Assembly: GCF_004353825.1 (NCBI RefSeq)
Contig: NZ_SMNA01000011.1
Span: 62,001-126,000 of the forward strand
From: Occultella glacieicola
GTDB taxonomy: Bacteria > Actinomycetota > Actinomycetes > Actinomycetales > Beutenbergiaceae
Length of the DNA stretch: 64,000 bases
Reading direction: 5' to 3'
Every line of letters starts with the position of its first letter. Position 1 is the stretch's first letter. Shown here one piece after another: positions 39,506 to 47,861 of this stretch. The position numbers were made by a program, and so were the translations under genes. The notes under the pieces were generated by a model that made no database searches, was not told the origin of the DNA, and saw only the letters and a list, made by a program, of their open reading frames with translations.

Positions 39506-40879
39506 ATGGCCCGCTCCGAATATCGGAGTTCGCTTCACGAGCCGAGACGTCAGATCCCGCTCGACGACGAGTCCGATGTTGTCGTGTGTGGAGGTGGACC
39601 AGCCGGCGTCGCCGCCGCACTAGGTGCTGCGCGGCTCGGCGCACGCACCACACTCGTCGAGTCTCAGGGCGCGCTAGGCGGTGTCTGGACCTCGGGCGCG
39701 TTGTCCTGGATCATCGATGCCGCTCTAAAGCCGGGAATCATGGCTGAGATCGTGGAAGCGCTGGAGGCAGCTGGTGCGGACACCCCCGTCGGCTTCCCTG
39801 ACTTCTCCTACGACGTCGAGAGAATGAAACTCGTGCTCGAGAGTATGTGCACAGCCGCCGGGATACGGATGCTATTCAACACCGATGTAGTCGGCGCTCG
39901 GGTCCACGAAGGCCGACTCCAGGCAATCATCACTGAGTCGAAGAGTGGCCGCATTGCCTTCTCCGCGTCGACATTCGTCGACTGCACGGGCGACGGCGAC
40001 GTCGCTGCACTGGCCGGTTGCCAGTTCGAGATCGGCCACCCTCAGACTGGGCAACTGCAACCCATGTCTCTCATGGCACTGGTCAGCGGCATCTCCGTCG
40101 ACGAGATGCACGACGTGATTATAGCCAACGACGTGGTTCGCGCAGATGAGGAGGACTTTTCACTGGCACGCAGGCGAAAGATCTCCAAGCACAATCTTCT
40201 TCGCGAGCTCGGAAGGGCTGGATTCGACCCGAGCTATACGGGTATCAGCCTCTTCAAGGTTCACGACGATGTCTTCGCGCTGATGGCGAACCACCAGTAC
40301 GACGTTCGGCCAGACGATGTCGGCGCGATTACCTCGGCAACGATCGAAGCGCGCCGTGAGATCAATCAGGTCGTCGAGGCCCTCCGTCTGTTGGGGGGGC
40401 GCTGGTCGGGTTTGCGCCTCATCAACACTGCTGCTCAAATAGGGGTACGTGAAGGGCGGCGCATCGCTGGGCGCTACCACATCACGCGAGACGACGTCAT
40501 GCGGGGCGCTGAGCACGAGGACGCTGTGGCGCGAGTCGCCTTCGGCTTCGACGTGCATGCCCTCACACGCGCGGAAGGCGGCTACCGCAGTCCGACAATG
40601 TCTGATGTCGAGACCCGCGCGCGGCCCTACGAGATCCCGCTTCGCGCCCTCATCGCGCGGGATGTCGATGGCCTGCTGATGGCCGGACGGTGCATCTCTG
40701 GCGACTTCTGGGCTCACTCGAGCTACCGCGTCACGGGCAATGCCGTTGCCACCGGCGAGGCGGCAGGGGTCGCGGCGGCGGTAACAAACTCATTGGGATG
40801 CACGGTCGCCCAGACCCCGTGGGCCGCGATCGCCAAGGCACTGCCATACCAAGCTGAACGGATTCTCGAACAGGCCTAA
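39506..40879 (+). CDS. FAD-dependent oxidoreductase (FAD_oxidored/PF12831-like)
   Basis: Motifs VVVCGGGPAG, FVDCTGDGD, GVREGRRI, YEIPLRAL and LLMAGRCIS. Confidence 0.9.
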   Translation: MARSEYRSSLHEPRRQIPLDDESDVVVCGGGPAGVAAALGAARLGARTTLVESQGALGGVWTSGALSWIIDAALKPGIMAEIVEALEAAGADTPVGFPDFSYDVERMKLVLESMCTAAGIRMLFNTDVVGARVHEGRLQAIITESKSGRIAFSASTFVDCTGDGDVAALAGCQFEIGHPQTGQLQPMSLMALVSGISVDEMHDVIIANDVVRADEEDFSLARRRKISKHNLLRELGRAGFDPSYTGISLFKVHDDVFALMANHQYDVRPDDVGAITSATIEARREINQVVEALRLLGGRWSGLRLINTAAQIGVREGRRIAGRYHITRDDVMRGAEHEDAVARVAFGFDVHALTRAEGGYRSPTMSDVETRARPYEIPLRALIARDVDGLLMAGRCISGDFWAHSSYRVTGNAVATGEAAGVAAAVTNSLGCTVAQTPWAAIAKALPYQAERILEQA

Positions 40880-40882
40880 TCC

Positions 40883-41492
40883 GGCTCATCGCACACGAGG
40901 GTGTAGCGGTGGTGCCCGGGTAAGGGCCGAGGTCCCAGGATGGAAATTCTCACACTGCCCATCCGGAAGACCTCGACGTGGACGACGCTACCTTCTGGAC
41001 TCCTGACCTGACGAGGCTCTGCCGCTTGGACGAGCTTGGCCTCGTGGCTGTCGGGCAGGCACTGGAGCCCGATCGGGGAGTGCTGGCTTGCAGGGTGGTC
41101 GAGCCCGATGGGTGGTGCCGCCGCTGCGGGTGCGAAGGCGTGCCGCGGGGAACTGTGTGCGCGGCTTGCGCATGAGCCGTTTGGCTGGCGTCCCACGGTC
41201 TGTTGGTCCGGATGCATCGCTAACGGTGCTGCGGGTGTGGGCACGTGTGGCGTCAGGACTCCACCACAGCGGCGCCGCCGCGGGCGAAGCTGTCCCGGGC
41301 GGCAGTGCGCTGGGCCTTGGTCGCCCTGGTCGGCCACCTGACAGTCGCCACGATCGCCGAAGCCCTCGCGGTGTCGTGGCACACCGCTAACGACGCCGTC
41401 CTGGCCGGGGCCGTCGGGTCCTGATCGACGACCCAACCCGGTTCGATGGCGTCGCCGTGATCGGAGTCGAGGAGCACGTGTCGCGCCACACG
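40883..41492 (+). mobile_element. Degenerate, truncated ISL3-family (IS1096-like) element
   Basis: End sequence GGCTCATCGCAC; frameshifted transposase pieces PDLTRLCRLDELGL, WCRRCGCEG, AHEPFGWRP, VSWHTANDAV and DDPTRFDGVAVIGVEEH. Confidence 0.85.
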
Positions 41493-41696
41493 TCACTTCA
41501 CGTCAGACGCCCAGCACGAGCATGCTTCACCATCGGCAACAACGGCGGTGGGTGTGTTTGCGATGGGCGGCCAAGCACCCCAGATCGGGACTCGCGAGCC
41601 GACCTGCCCACTGCCGGAGAGCTGACCCGCGACACTGCCCGTGCGGGTGTTCTGTGTTCCGAAGTCTTCGACCCAGGCAATCGCGAACGGCGATGA

Positions 41697-41751
41697 GTTG
41701 ATTGCCCGATCAATCTTGACTCAACTGGATCGGAACAGTTGACTCAGCTGG
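41697..41751. promoter_or_regulatory. Conserved 24-bp box, copy 2, plus a downstream direct repeat
   Basis: GTTGATT-GCCCGA-TCAATCTTGAC (41697-41720); TTGACTCA(A/G)CTGG at 41716 and 41739. Confidence 0.8.
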
Positions 41752-41868
41752 TCGAGCCGTCCGGTTCCCTGCCGTAGGTTGGGCCTCACATCCTGGCGAA
41801 ACGGCACACCACAGCAGGATTTCAGCACGTCACCATGGCGTTGAAGCCACGAGAAGGAGTAGCAGTCA

Positions 41869-43833
41869 ATGGCGAAGCATCTACTCTTCGGCACCTCATA
41901 CAGTCGGCGGACTGCACTGAAGGTGGCCGCAGCGGCGTCCGCCGGTGTCGCGTCCGGGCCACAGGCGCAAGCCTGGACTCACGGGTCCGGTCCAAGCAGG
42001 ACCGACGACTCCCATCCGCGTCTCCTCGCGAGGCCCAGCGACTTCGACGCAGTGGCCTCTCGCGTCGTCACGGACGAGGTATCCCAGGGATGGTTCAGCA
42101 CGCTGGAGGAGCTCGGGACGGAGTTGTTGGCGGTACCCACGCCGACCTTCCCGAACGGCGCAAGCCTGCTCAACACCGCCAGAACTGCCGTCAATCGCAT
42201 CTACACACTCGCCCTGCTCGAGCAACTCGCCGCCGACCCCTCCTACGCACAGCGCGCGCGAGCTGAGATCGCGGCAATCGCGGAGTTTCCTCAATGGAGC
42301 CGAACGAACCCACCGAAACTCGCCGACGACTTCCTCTCGGTTGCGGAGATGACCCACGCGATGGCAATCGGGTACGACTGGCTGTTCCACACCATGAGCG
42401 ACGACGAGCGTGCCGATGCCCGCGAAGCCATCATTGAAAAGGGGCTGCGCACAGCCCTGAACGCCTACCGGGAAGATTCGATCTACACCGGTTCACCAAA
42501 CAACGTCGGGATCGTCACCAACGCTGGATTCGGTGTGGGGGCACTCGCCATCGAGCCAGAGTCGCCCTTGATCGCACGGGACATCCTGCGCAGGAGCCTG
42601 CACTGCATCCGACCAGCCGTCCAGCAGCTCAGCCCCGACGGGAGCAGCCCCGAGGGCGGCTATTGGGGATATGTCATCAGGTACCTCGGCATCTACCTCG
42701 CAGCACTGGAGTCCTCTGGCGTCCGCGATAACGGGATCTCACAAACCGTCGGGCTGTCCGAAACAGGAAACTATGCGATCTACCTGACCGGTCCCGCGGG
42801 GCAGTTCTTCAACTACTCGGACTCCGATCCAACGTCGCAGCAGCCTCCGGAACTGCTGTGGCTCTCTGAGCGGTACTCGAATCCCGTCTACACATGGTGG
42901 GGCAGCCGGAGCCGGTCGACGAGCACCCTCTACCTGCCCCGCTACTTGTTGTGGTACGACCCCAGCAAGGACGTCGGTCCGCTCGAGTCCGACCTGCCAC
43001 TCGACATCCATTTCGCCAGCGTGGAGGTTGCAACCTTCCGCAGCGCGTGGGAGGACCCGGACGCCCTGTTCGCCGGCTTCAAGGCGGGCGACAACGCCAG
43101 CAGCCACGGTGACCTCGATCAGGGCACCTTCGTCATCGATGCGAATGGGCGCAGGTGGGCGACAGAACTAGGCAAGGACAGTTACGGCCTTTCCGGCTAC
43201 TTCGACTACGGCGGTGGCAGGCGCTGGAACTACTATCGCAAACGCGCCGAGGGCCAGAACACCCTGGTCATCAACCCGACCTCGGCACCCGACCAACTCC
43301 CCAACGCCTCCTGCCACATCTCCCGCTACGAGTCATCCGCCGCCGGCGGATACGCGATCGCGGACCTCACCGGTGCAGTCCCCGGAGATGCGGTCACGTC
43401 CTGGCAGCGCGGCGTCGCCATGGTCGACCAGCGTCGGCGCACCCTGGTGCAGGACGAGGTGACTCCGAACGGTCACATCACGGCGTGGTGGTTCATGCAC
43501 ACGACCGCACAGGTAGCGGTCTCCGAGGATGGCCGGTCCGCATCGTTGACCATGGCGGATGAGGACGGCGGCAACCCCGCCACTCTCCTGGTCCAGATGG
43601 TGTCCGCTCCCCCGGACTCGGCATTCACGGTTCGTGCTGCAACACCACTTCCGACGTCTCCCACCCCCCAGGGACAATCGGCGAACGCAGGCGTCTCGAA
43701 ACTCACGATCGAACTGGCGGCTGATGACGCGTTCACGCTGGCGGTGCTCTTCAGCCCGATCACCGAGCCGGCCAACCCGGATTTGACGACTCCCAGCGTC
43801 GTCGCGCTGCATGATTGGTCGACGGACATGTAA
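41869..43833 (+). CDS. Tat-secreted heparinase II/III-like polysaccharide lyase
   Basis: SRRTALK Tat motif; HPRLL, AIGYDWL, PEGGYWGY, HGDLDQGTF and YYRKRAEGQNTL. Confidence 0.8.
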   Translation: MAKHLLFGTSYSRRTALKVAAAASAGVASGPQAQAWTHGSGPSRTDDSHPRLLARPSDFDAVASRVVTDEVSQGWFSTLEELGTELLAVPTPTFPNGASLLNTARTAVNRIYTLALLEQLAADPSYAQRARAEIAAIAEFPQWSRTNPPKLADDFLSVAEMTHAMAIGYDWLFHTMSDDERADAREAIIEKGLRTALNAYREDSIYTGSPNNVGIVTNAGFGVGALAIEPESPLIARDILRRSLHCIRPAVQQLSPDGSSPEGGYWGYVIRYLGIYLAALESSGVRDNGISQTVGLSETGNYAIYLTGPAGQFFNYSDSDPTSQQPPELLWLSERYSNPVYTWWGSRSRSTSTLYLPRYLLWYDPSKDVGPLESDLPLDIHFASVEVATFRSAWEDPDALFAGFKAGDNASSHGDLDQGTFVIDANGRRWATELGKDSYGLSGYFDYGGGRRWNYYRKRAEGQNTLVINPTSAPDQLPNASCHISRYESSAAGGYAIADLTGAVPGDAVTSWQRGVAMVDQRRRTLVQDEVTPNGHITAWWFMHTTAQVAVSEDGRSASLTMADEDGGNPATLLVQMVSAPPDSAFTVRAATPLPTSPTPQGQSANAGVSKLTIELAADDAFTLAVLFSPITEPANPDLTTPSVVALHDWSTDM

Positions 43834-44058
43834 CGGGCTCTCATTCTGGCTCGCAGGTGCGTCGCCGGGCAGCTCACCGAGGTCACCACGGGGCGACCGA
43901 ACTGCCGCCCAGCACCTACACAATTCTGCTCCGACAGAAGTCCCTCGGAACTCACCGCAGCGATCAGCACCAACCGCGGTCGGCAAGCGTATGCCGGTCA
44001 TCGGTCCGTGTTGACGCGCCCTCCTAGACCGCTCCGCACACAAGATTCGGGAGTACCC

Positions 44059-45684
44059 ATGCAGCACCCATCCTTCGACCGACGCACTTTCCTCCTGGGA
44101 GCGGGCGGAGCCCTCACTCTCGCAGCCTTGCCAAGTTGCTCCACCGGCGGCACTGGTTCCGAAGCTCCGACGACTGACAACAGTGGCGTCGAGCTACCCT
44201 CCTACATCCCCTCGACGGGTGTTAAGCCGGACCTTCAAGGTACGCCGGAGGGCGTGCCGGACGGGTTCTTCAACTACCCCGCCGATCAGCATCGTTCCGT
44301 CACCGAAACACCGGGGGCGGGTGAGTCGATCAGCGGGATGGCGATGATCTCCACGGCGGTCCCGCCGACCCGATCCGAGAACGCCTACTGGCGAGAGCTG
44401 GAGGACCGGCTCGGTGTATCGCTCGACCTGATGATGACCCCGTCGGCCGATTACGATCAGAAGTTGGCCACCGTCGTTGCAGGCGGCGACATCCCTGACA
44501 TGGTTCAGATTCGGGATGCCCCGGATCTTCCTCGACTGCTCGAGTCGCAGTTCCAAGACCTGTCCGAGTACCTCTCCGGCGATGCGATCCAGGACTACCC
44601 GAACCTGGCCACCTTGCCGCCTCTGACGTGGCGGGGGGCCATCTACAACGGTGGCATCTACGGCATCCCGAATCCACGGCAGGCGATCGGGAGTTACGTG
44701 TTCGTACGCCAGGACATCTTCGACTCGCTGGGGCTGTCGACCGAACCCGAGAACCTTGATGAGTTCCTCGAGACCTGTCGCGCGCTCACCAACGCCCAGG
44801 AGAACAGGTGGGCGATGGGCGATTCCGGATCGGCGGCTGCGCTCGTGATCATGGGCATGTTGTCCGGAGTGCCGAACGAATGGCGCAACGAGAACGGCTC
44901 GCTCACCCATAAGTACGAGACGGACGAGTTCGCGCGTTCGGTCGAATGGGTTACGCAGCTCTGGCAGGACGGCTTGATGCACCCGGATACGTTCGCGAGC
45001 TCCGACACGAGTGGTCAGTGGTTCCATGCGGGCCGAACCGGGATCTGGCTGACGGGCAACGGACACTGGAACAGCGCATTGAAGAACCATCCGACGTCAG
45101 AGCTCGGACTGATGACCCTGCCGAACTGGGATGGTGGCGGCCTCGCACCGTGGCGGCTCGGGTCAGGCTTCTTCTCGATCAATGCCTTCAAGAAGGCCGA
45201 ACCCGAGCGAATCAAGTTGCTGCTCCGGGTCTGCAACTGGCTCGCTGCTCCGTTCGGCAGTGAGGAGAACTACCTCCGCGCGTATGGGCTGGACGGCGTT
45301 CATCACACCGTCGACGCCGATGGGAATCCGACTCTCACCGAGTTGGGTCAGGCAGAGCTGCGGCTCCCGGTCAGTTATCTGGCGGCGCCGCCGACTCCGC
45401 TGTACACACCCGGGCGGCCCGACGACACGAGGGTCCAGCATGCCTATCAGTCCGAGGTGATTCCCGTGGGCGAGCCCAACCCGGTGATCGGTCTCTACTC
45501 GGCCACGGACGCCGACGACGGGGTCAGGCTGAAGCAGACCTTCGACGACGCCGTCAACGACATCATCACTGGCCGGGCGACCATCTCCACACTCACCGAG
45601 TCCGTGGACGCGTGGAAGCGCGATGGAGGCGACGCGATGAGGGCCGAGTACGAGGAACAACTCGCCGCCTACCCGATCGACTGA
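44059..45684 (+). CDS. Carbohydrate ABC transporter substrate-binding lipoprotein (Tat)
   Basis: DRRTFLL..LPSC signal; motifs YDQKLATVVAGGDIPD and NGGIYGIP. Confidence 0.9.
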   Translation: MQHPSFDRRTFLLGAGGALTLAALPSCSTGGTGSEAPTTDNSGVELPSYIPSTGVKPDLQGTPEGVPDGFFNYPADQHRSVTETPGAGESISGMAMISTAVPPTRSENAYWRELEDRLGVSLDLMMTPSADYDQKLATVVAGGDIPDMVQIRDAPDLPRLLESQFQDLSEYLSGDAIQDYPNLATLPPLTWRGAIYNGGIYGIPNPRQAIGSYVFVRQDIFDSLGLSTEPENLDEFLETCRALTNAQENRWAMGDSGSAAALVIMGMLSGVPNEWRNENGSLTHKYETDEFARSVEWVTQLWQDGLMHPDTFASSDTSGQWFHAGRTGIWLTGNGHWNSALKNHPTSELGLMTLPNWDGGGLAPWRLGSGFFSINAFKKAEPERIKLLLRVCNWLAAPFGSEENYLRAYGLDGVHHTVDADGNPTLTELGQAELRLPVSYLAAPPTPLYTPGRPDDTRVQHAYQSEVIPVGEPNPVIGLYSATDADDGVRLKQTFDDAVNDIITGRATISTLTESVDAWKRDGGDAMRAEYEEQLAAYPID

Positions 45685-45786
45685 CCAGGGAGGCAATGCG
45701 ATGAGACGCCCAGTGATGGGACACACTGACCTCGGCATCGAGATCTCGCAACCGAGGACGACGATACGGCCAACGCGGGGGTCACG

Positions 45787-46782
45787 ATGGTGATCGTCAA
45801 AACCGCTCCGAACGCGGGTGGACGAGAGCAGATGACGAGTTCCCGTGGCCCCAGTCCTTCAGAGCAACGCCGTGGACGGCGCCGTGGTCGCTGGCGGCGG
45901 GACAGGTTACTGCTGTTGTTGGGTCTGCCGGGGCTCGCGGTCGTAGTGCTGTTCAACTACGTTCCGCTTCTGGGGAATGTCATTGCCTTCAAGGACTATG
46001 TGCCGTATGTCGGGATTCTCGAGTCTCCCTGGGTGGGCTGGCAGAACTTCCAAGTCATATTCAATGGGGATCCGGAGTTTCTGACGGCGCTGTCGAACAC
46101 GTTGATCATCTCGCTCGTGCAGATTGCATTCGTGTTTCCGGTACCCATCGCGCTCGCACTGCTGCTGAACAGTCTGGTCAGTGAACGAATCAAGCGCGTG
46201 GTGCAGTCGGTTCTGTACCTGCCCCACTTCATGTCGTGGGTGGTCGTCGTCGCGATCTTCCAGCACATGCTCGGAAACGCTGGACTGTTGAACAGCTGGC
46301 TACGCTCGCAAGAATTGGTCACACTCCCGATTATCGGCAACCCGGACCTGTTCATCGGGCTCATCACGTCGCAGGTGATCTGGAAGGATGCCGGTTGGGG
46401 CACGATCATCTTCCTGGCGGCGTTGTCCAACATCGACGTGCAACTGTATGAGGCGGCCGCGGTCGACGGCGCCAGTAGGTTAAGGCAGCTGTGGCACGTC
46501 ACCCTGCCGGGAATCCGGAGTGTGATCTTCTTGATGCTGATCCTCAAGCTGGGTGACGTACTGACCGTCGGTTTCGAGCAGATCCTGCTGCAGCAGGGTC
46601 CGGTCGGACTGCATGCGTCAGAAGTGCTGGATACCTACGTGTATCGGAACGGCGTCCTGAGCGGCGACTGGGGCGTGGCCGCGGCCGTCGGCCTGGTGAA
46701 GGGCCTCGTCGGAGTGATGCTGGTTCTTGGCGCCAACAGGCTGGCCCACGTGTTCGGCGAACGAGGGGTCTACTCACGATGA
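45787..46782 (+). CDS. Carbohydrate ABC permease (LplB-like)
   Basis: Motifs SPWVGWQNF, YLPHFMSWV and LYEAAAVDGA; start uncertain. Confidence 0.92.
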   Translation: MVIVKTAPNAGGREQMTSSRGPSPSEQRRGRRRGRWRRDRLLLLLGLPGLAVVVLFNYVPLLGNVIAFKDYVPYVGILESPWVGWQNFQVIFNGDPEFLTALSNTLIISLVQIAFVFPVPIALALLLNSLVSERIKRVVQSVLYLPHFMSWVVVVAIFQHMLGNAGLLNSWLRSQELVTLPIIGNPDLFIGLITSQVIWKDAGWGTIIFLAALSNIDVQLYEAAAVDGASRLRQLWHVTLPGIRSVIFLMLILKLGDVLTVGFEQILLQQGPVGLHASEVLDTYVYRNGVLSGDWGVAAAVGLVKGLVGVMLVLGANRLAHVFGERGVYSR

Positions 46783-47699
46783 GAGCCAAGATCATTCCCG
46801 GGCGACCGTCGACGGCGCGAAGCACAACTGGTGCGATGGCCCCGCCAAGTCCGCTGATGCGTGGCTCCAAGGGACTCCTCCTGATGCTGTGCTGCGCCGT
46901 GGTCATCGTCCCATTCCTTTCGGTGGTCTCCACCAGCCTGGCAAGTCCGGCGGAGGTCACGGCCGCCGGCGGGTACGTGCTCTGGCCATCGCAGCCAAGC
47001 CTGGATGCCTACCGAGCGATCTTTGCCGGAGGGGTGGTCACTCGTGCCTTGCTGGTATCGGTCGGGATCACAGTGGTGGGCACCACACTCTCGCTGGCCT
47101 GCACGACCCTCTTGGCCTACTCCCTCAGCCGCCCGGGCTCGTTCGGTAGCAAACCCGTGCTGATGATCGTGCTGTTCACGCTGCTGTTCAGCCCGGGCAT
47201 GATCCCCATGTACCTGCTGATCAAGCAGCTTGGGTTGCTCGACTCCTACTGGTCGCTCATTTTGCCTGGCCTCATCAGCGGATTCCTCGTGATCATCATG
47301 CGCGGGTTCTTCCTTGACCTCCCCGGGGAACTGTTCGACGCAGCGCGTATCGACGGCGCCAATGAGGTGCAGACCTTGCTGCGTATCGTGGTGCCGCTGT
47401 CGAAGGCGGTGATGGCCGTGGTCGGCCTATTTATGGCTGTGGCCTATTGGAACGCCTTCTTCAGCGCATTGCTGTACATCAACGACACAGACAAGTGGCC
47501 GCTACAGCTCGTGCTGCGAAGTTACGTCGTGAACGATACCCCGGTCGGCGCAGAGGGCTTCGTTGGGGAGGTCGCACCTCCCCAACAATCCCTGCAGATG
47601 GCGATCCTCGTCGTCAGCCTGATCCCGATCGTCCTCGTCTACCCGTTCCTGCAACGCCATTTTGCCAAGGGCATGCTCATCGGCGCCGTCAAGGGGTGA
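46779..47699 (+). CDS. Carbohydrate ABC permease (LplC-like)
   Basis: Motifs ELFDAARIDGA and YPFLQRHFAKGMLIGAVKG. Confidence 0.92.
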   Translation: MRAKIIPGRPSTARSTTGAMAPPSPLMRGSKGLLLMLCCAVVIVPFLSVVSTSLASPAEVTAAGGYVLWPSQPSLDAYRAIFAGGVVTRALLVSVGITVVGTTLSLACTTLLAYSLSRPGSFGSKPVLMIVLFTLLFSPGMIPMYLLIKQLGLLDSYWSLILPGLISGFLVIIMRGFFLDLPGELFDAARIDGANEVQTLLRIVVPLSKAVMAVVGLFMAVAYWNAFFSALLYINDTDKWPLQLVLRSYVVNDTPVGAEGFVGEVAPPQQSLQMAILVVSLIPIVLVYPFLQRHFAKGMLIGAVKG

Positions 47700-47861
47700 G
47701 CGTCAAAACCGCGACGTGCAATCGGACCGGCGCCGCGGCAAGCCTTCCTGGGCGAACGCCGGTGATGAGCCCGTCTGGTGCCGCCCTGGTCCGGGCGACG
47801 GCCCCGATGTGTCCCAGGGCGTGCACTCACACACCGCAACCATCCCGATGGAGGTCCCACG

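Noticed and set aside
44059..47699. Missing ATPase of the sugar ABC transporter as an anomaly
   Set aside because: Actinobacterial CUT1 systems commonly share an unlinked MsiK-type ATPase
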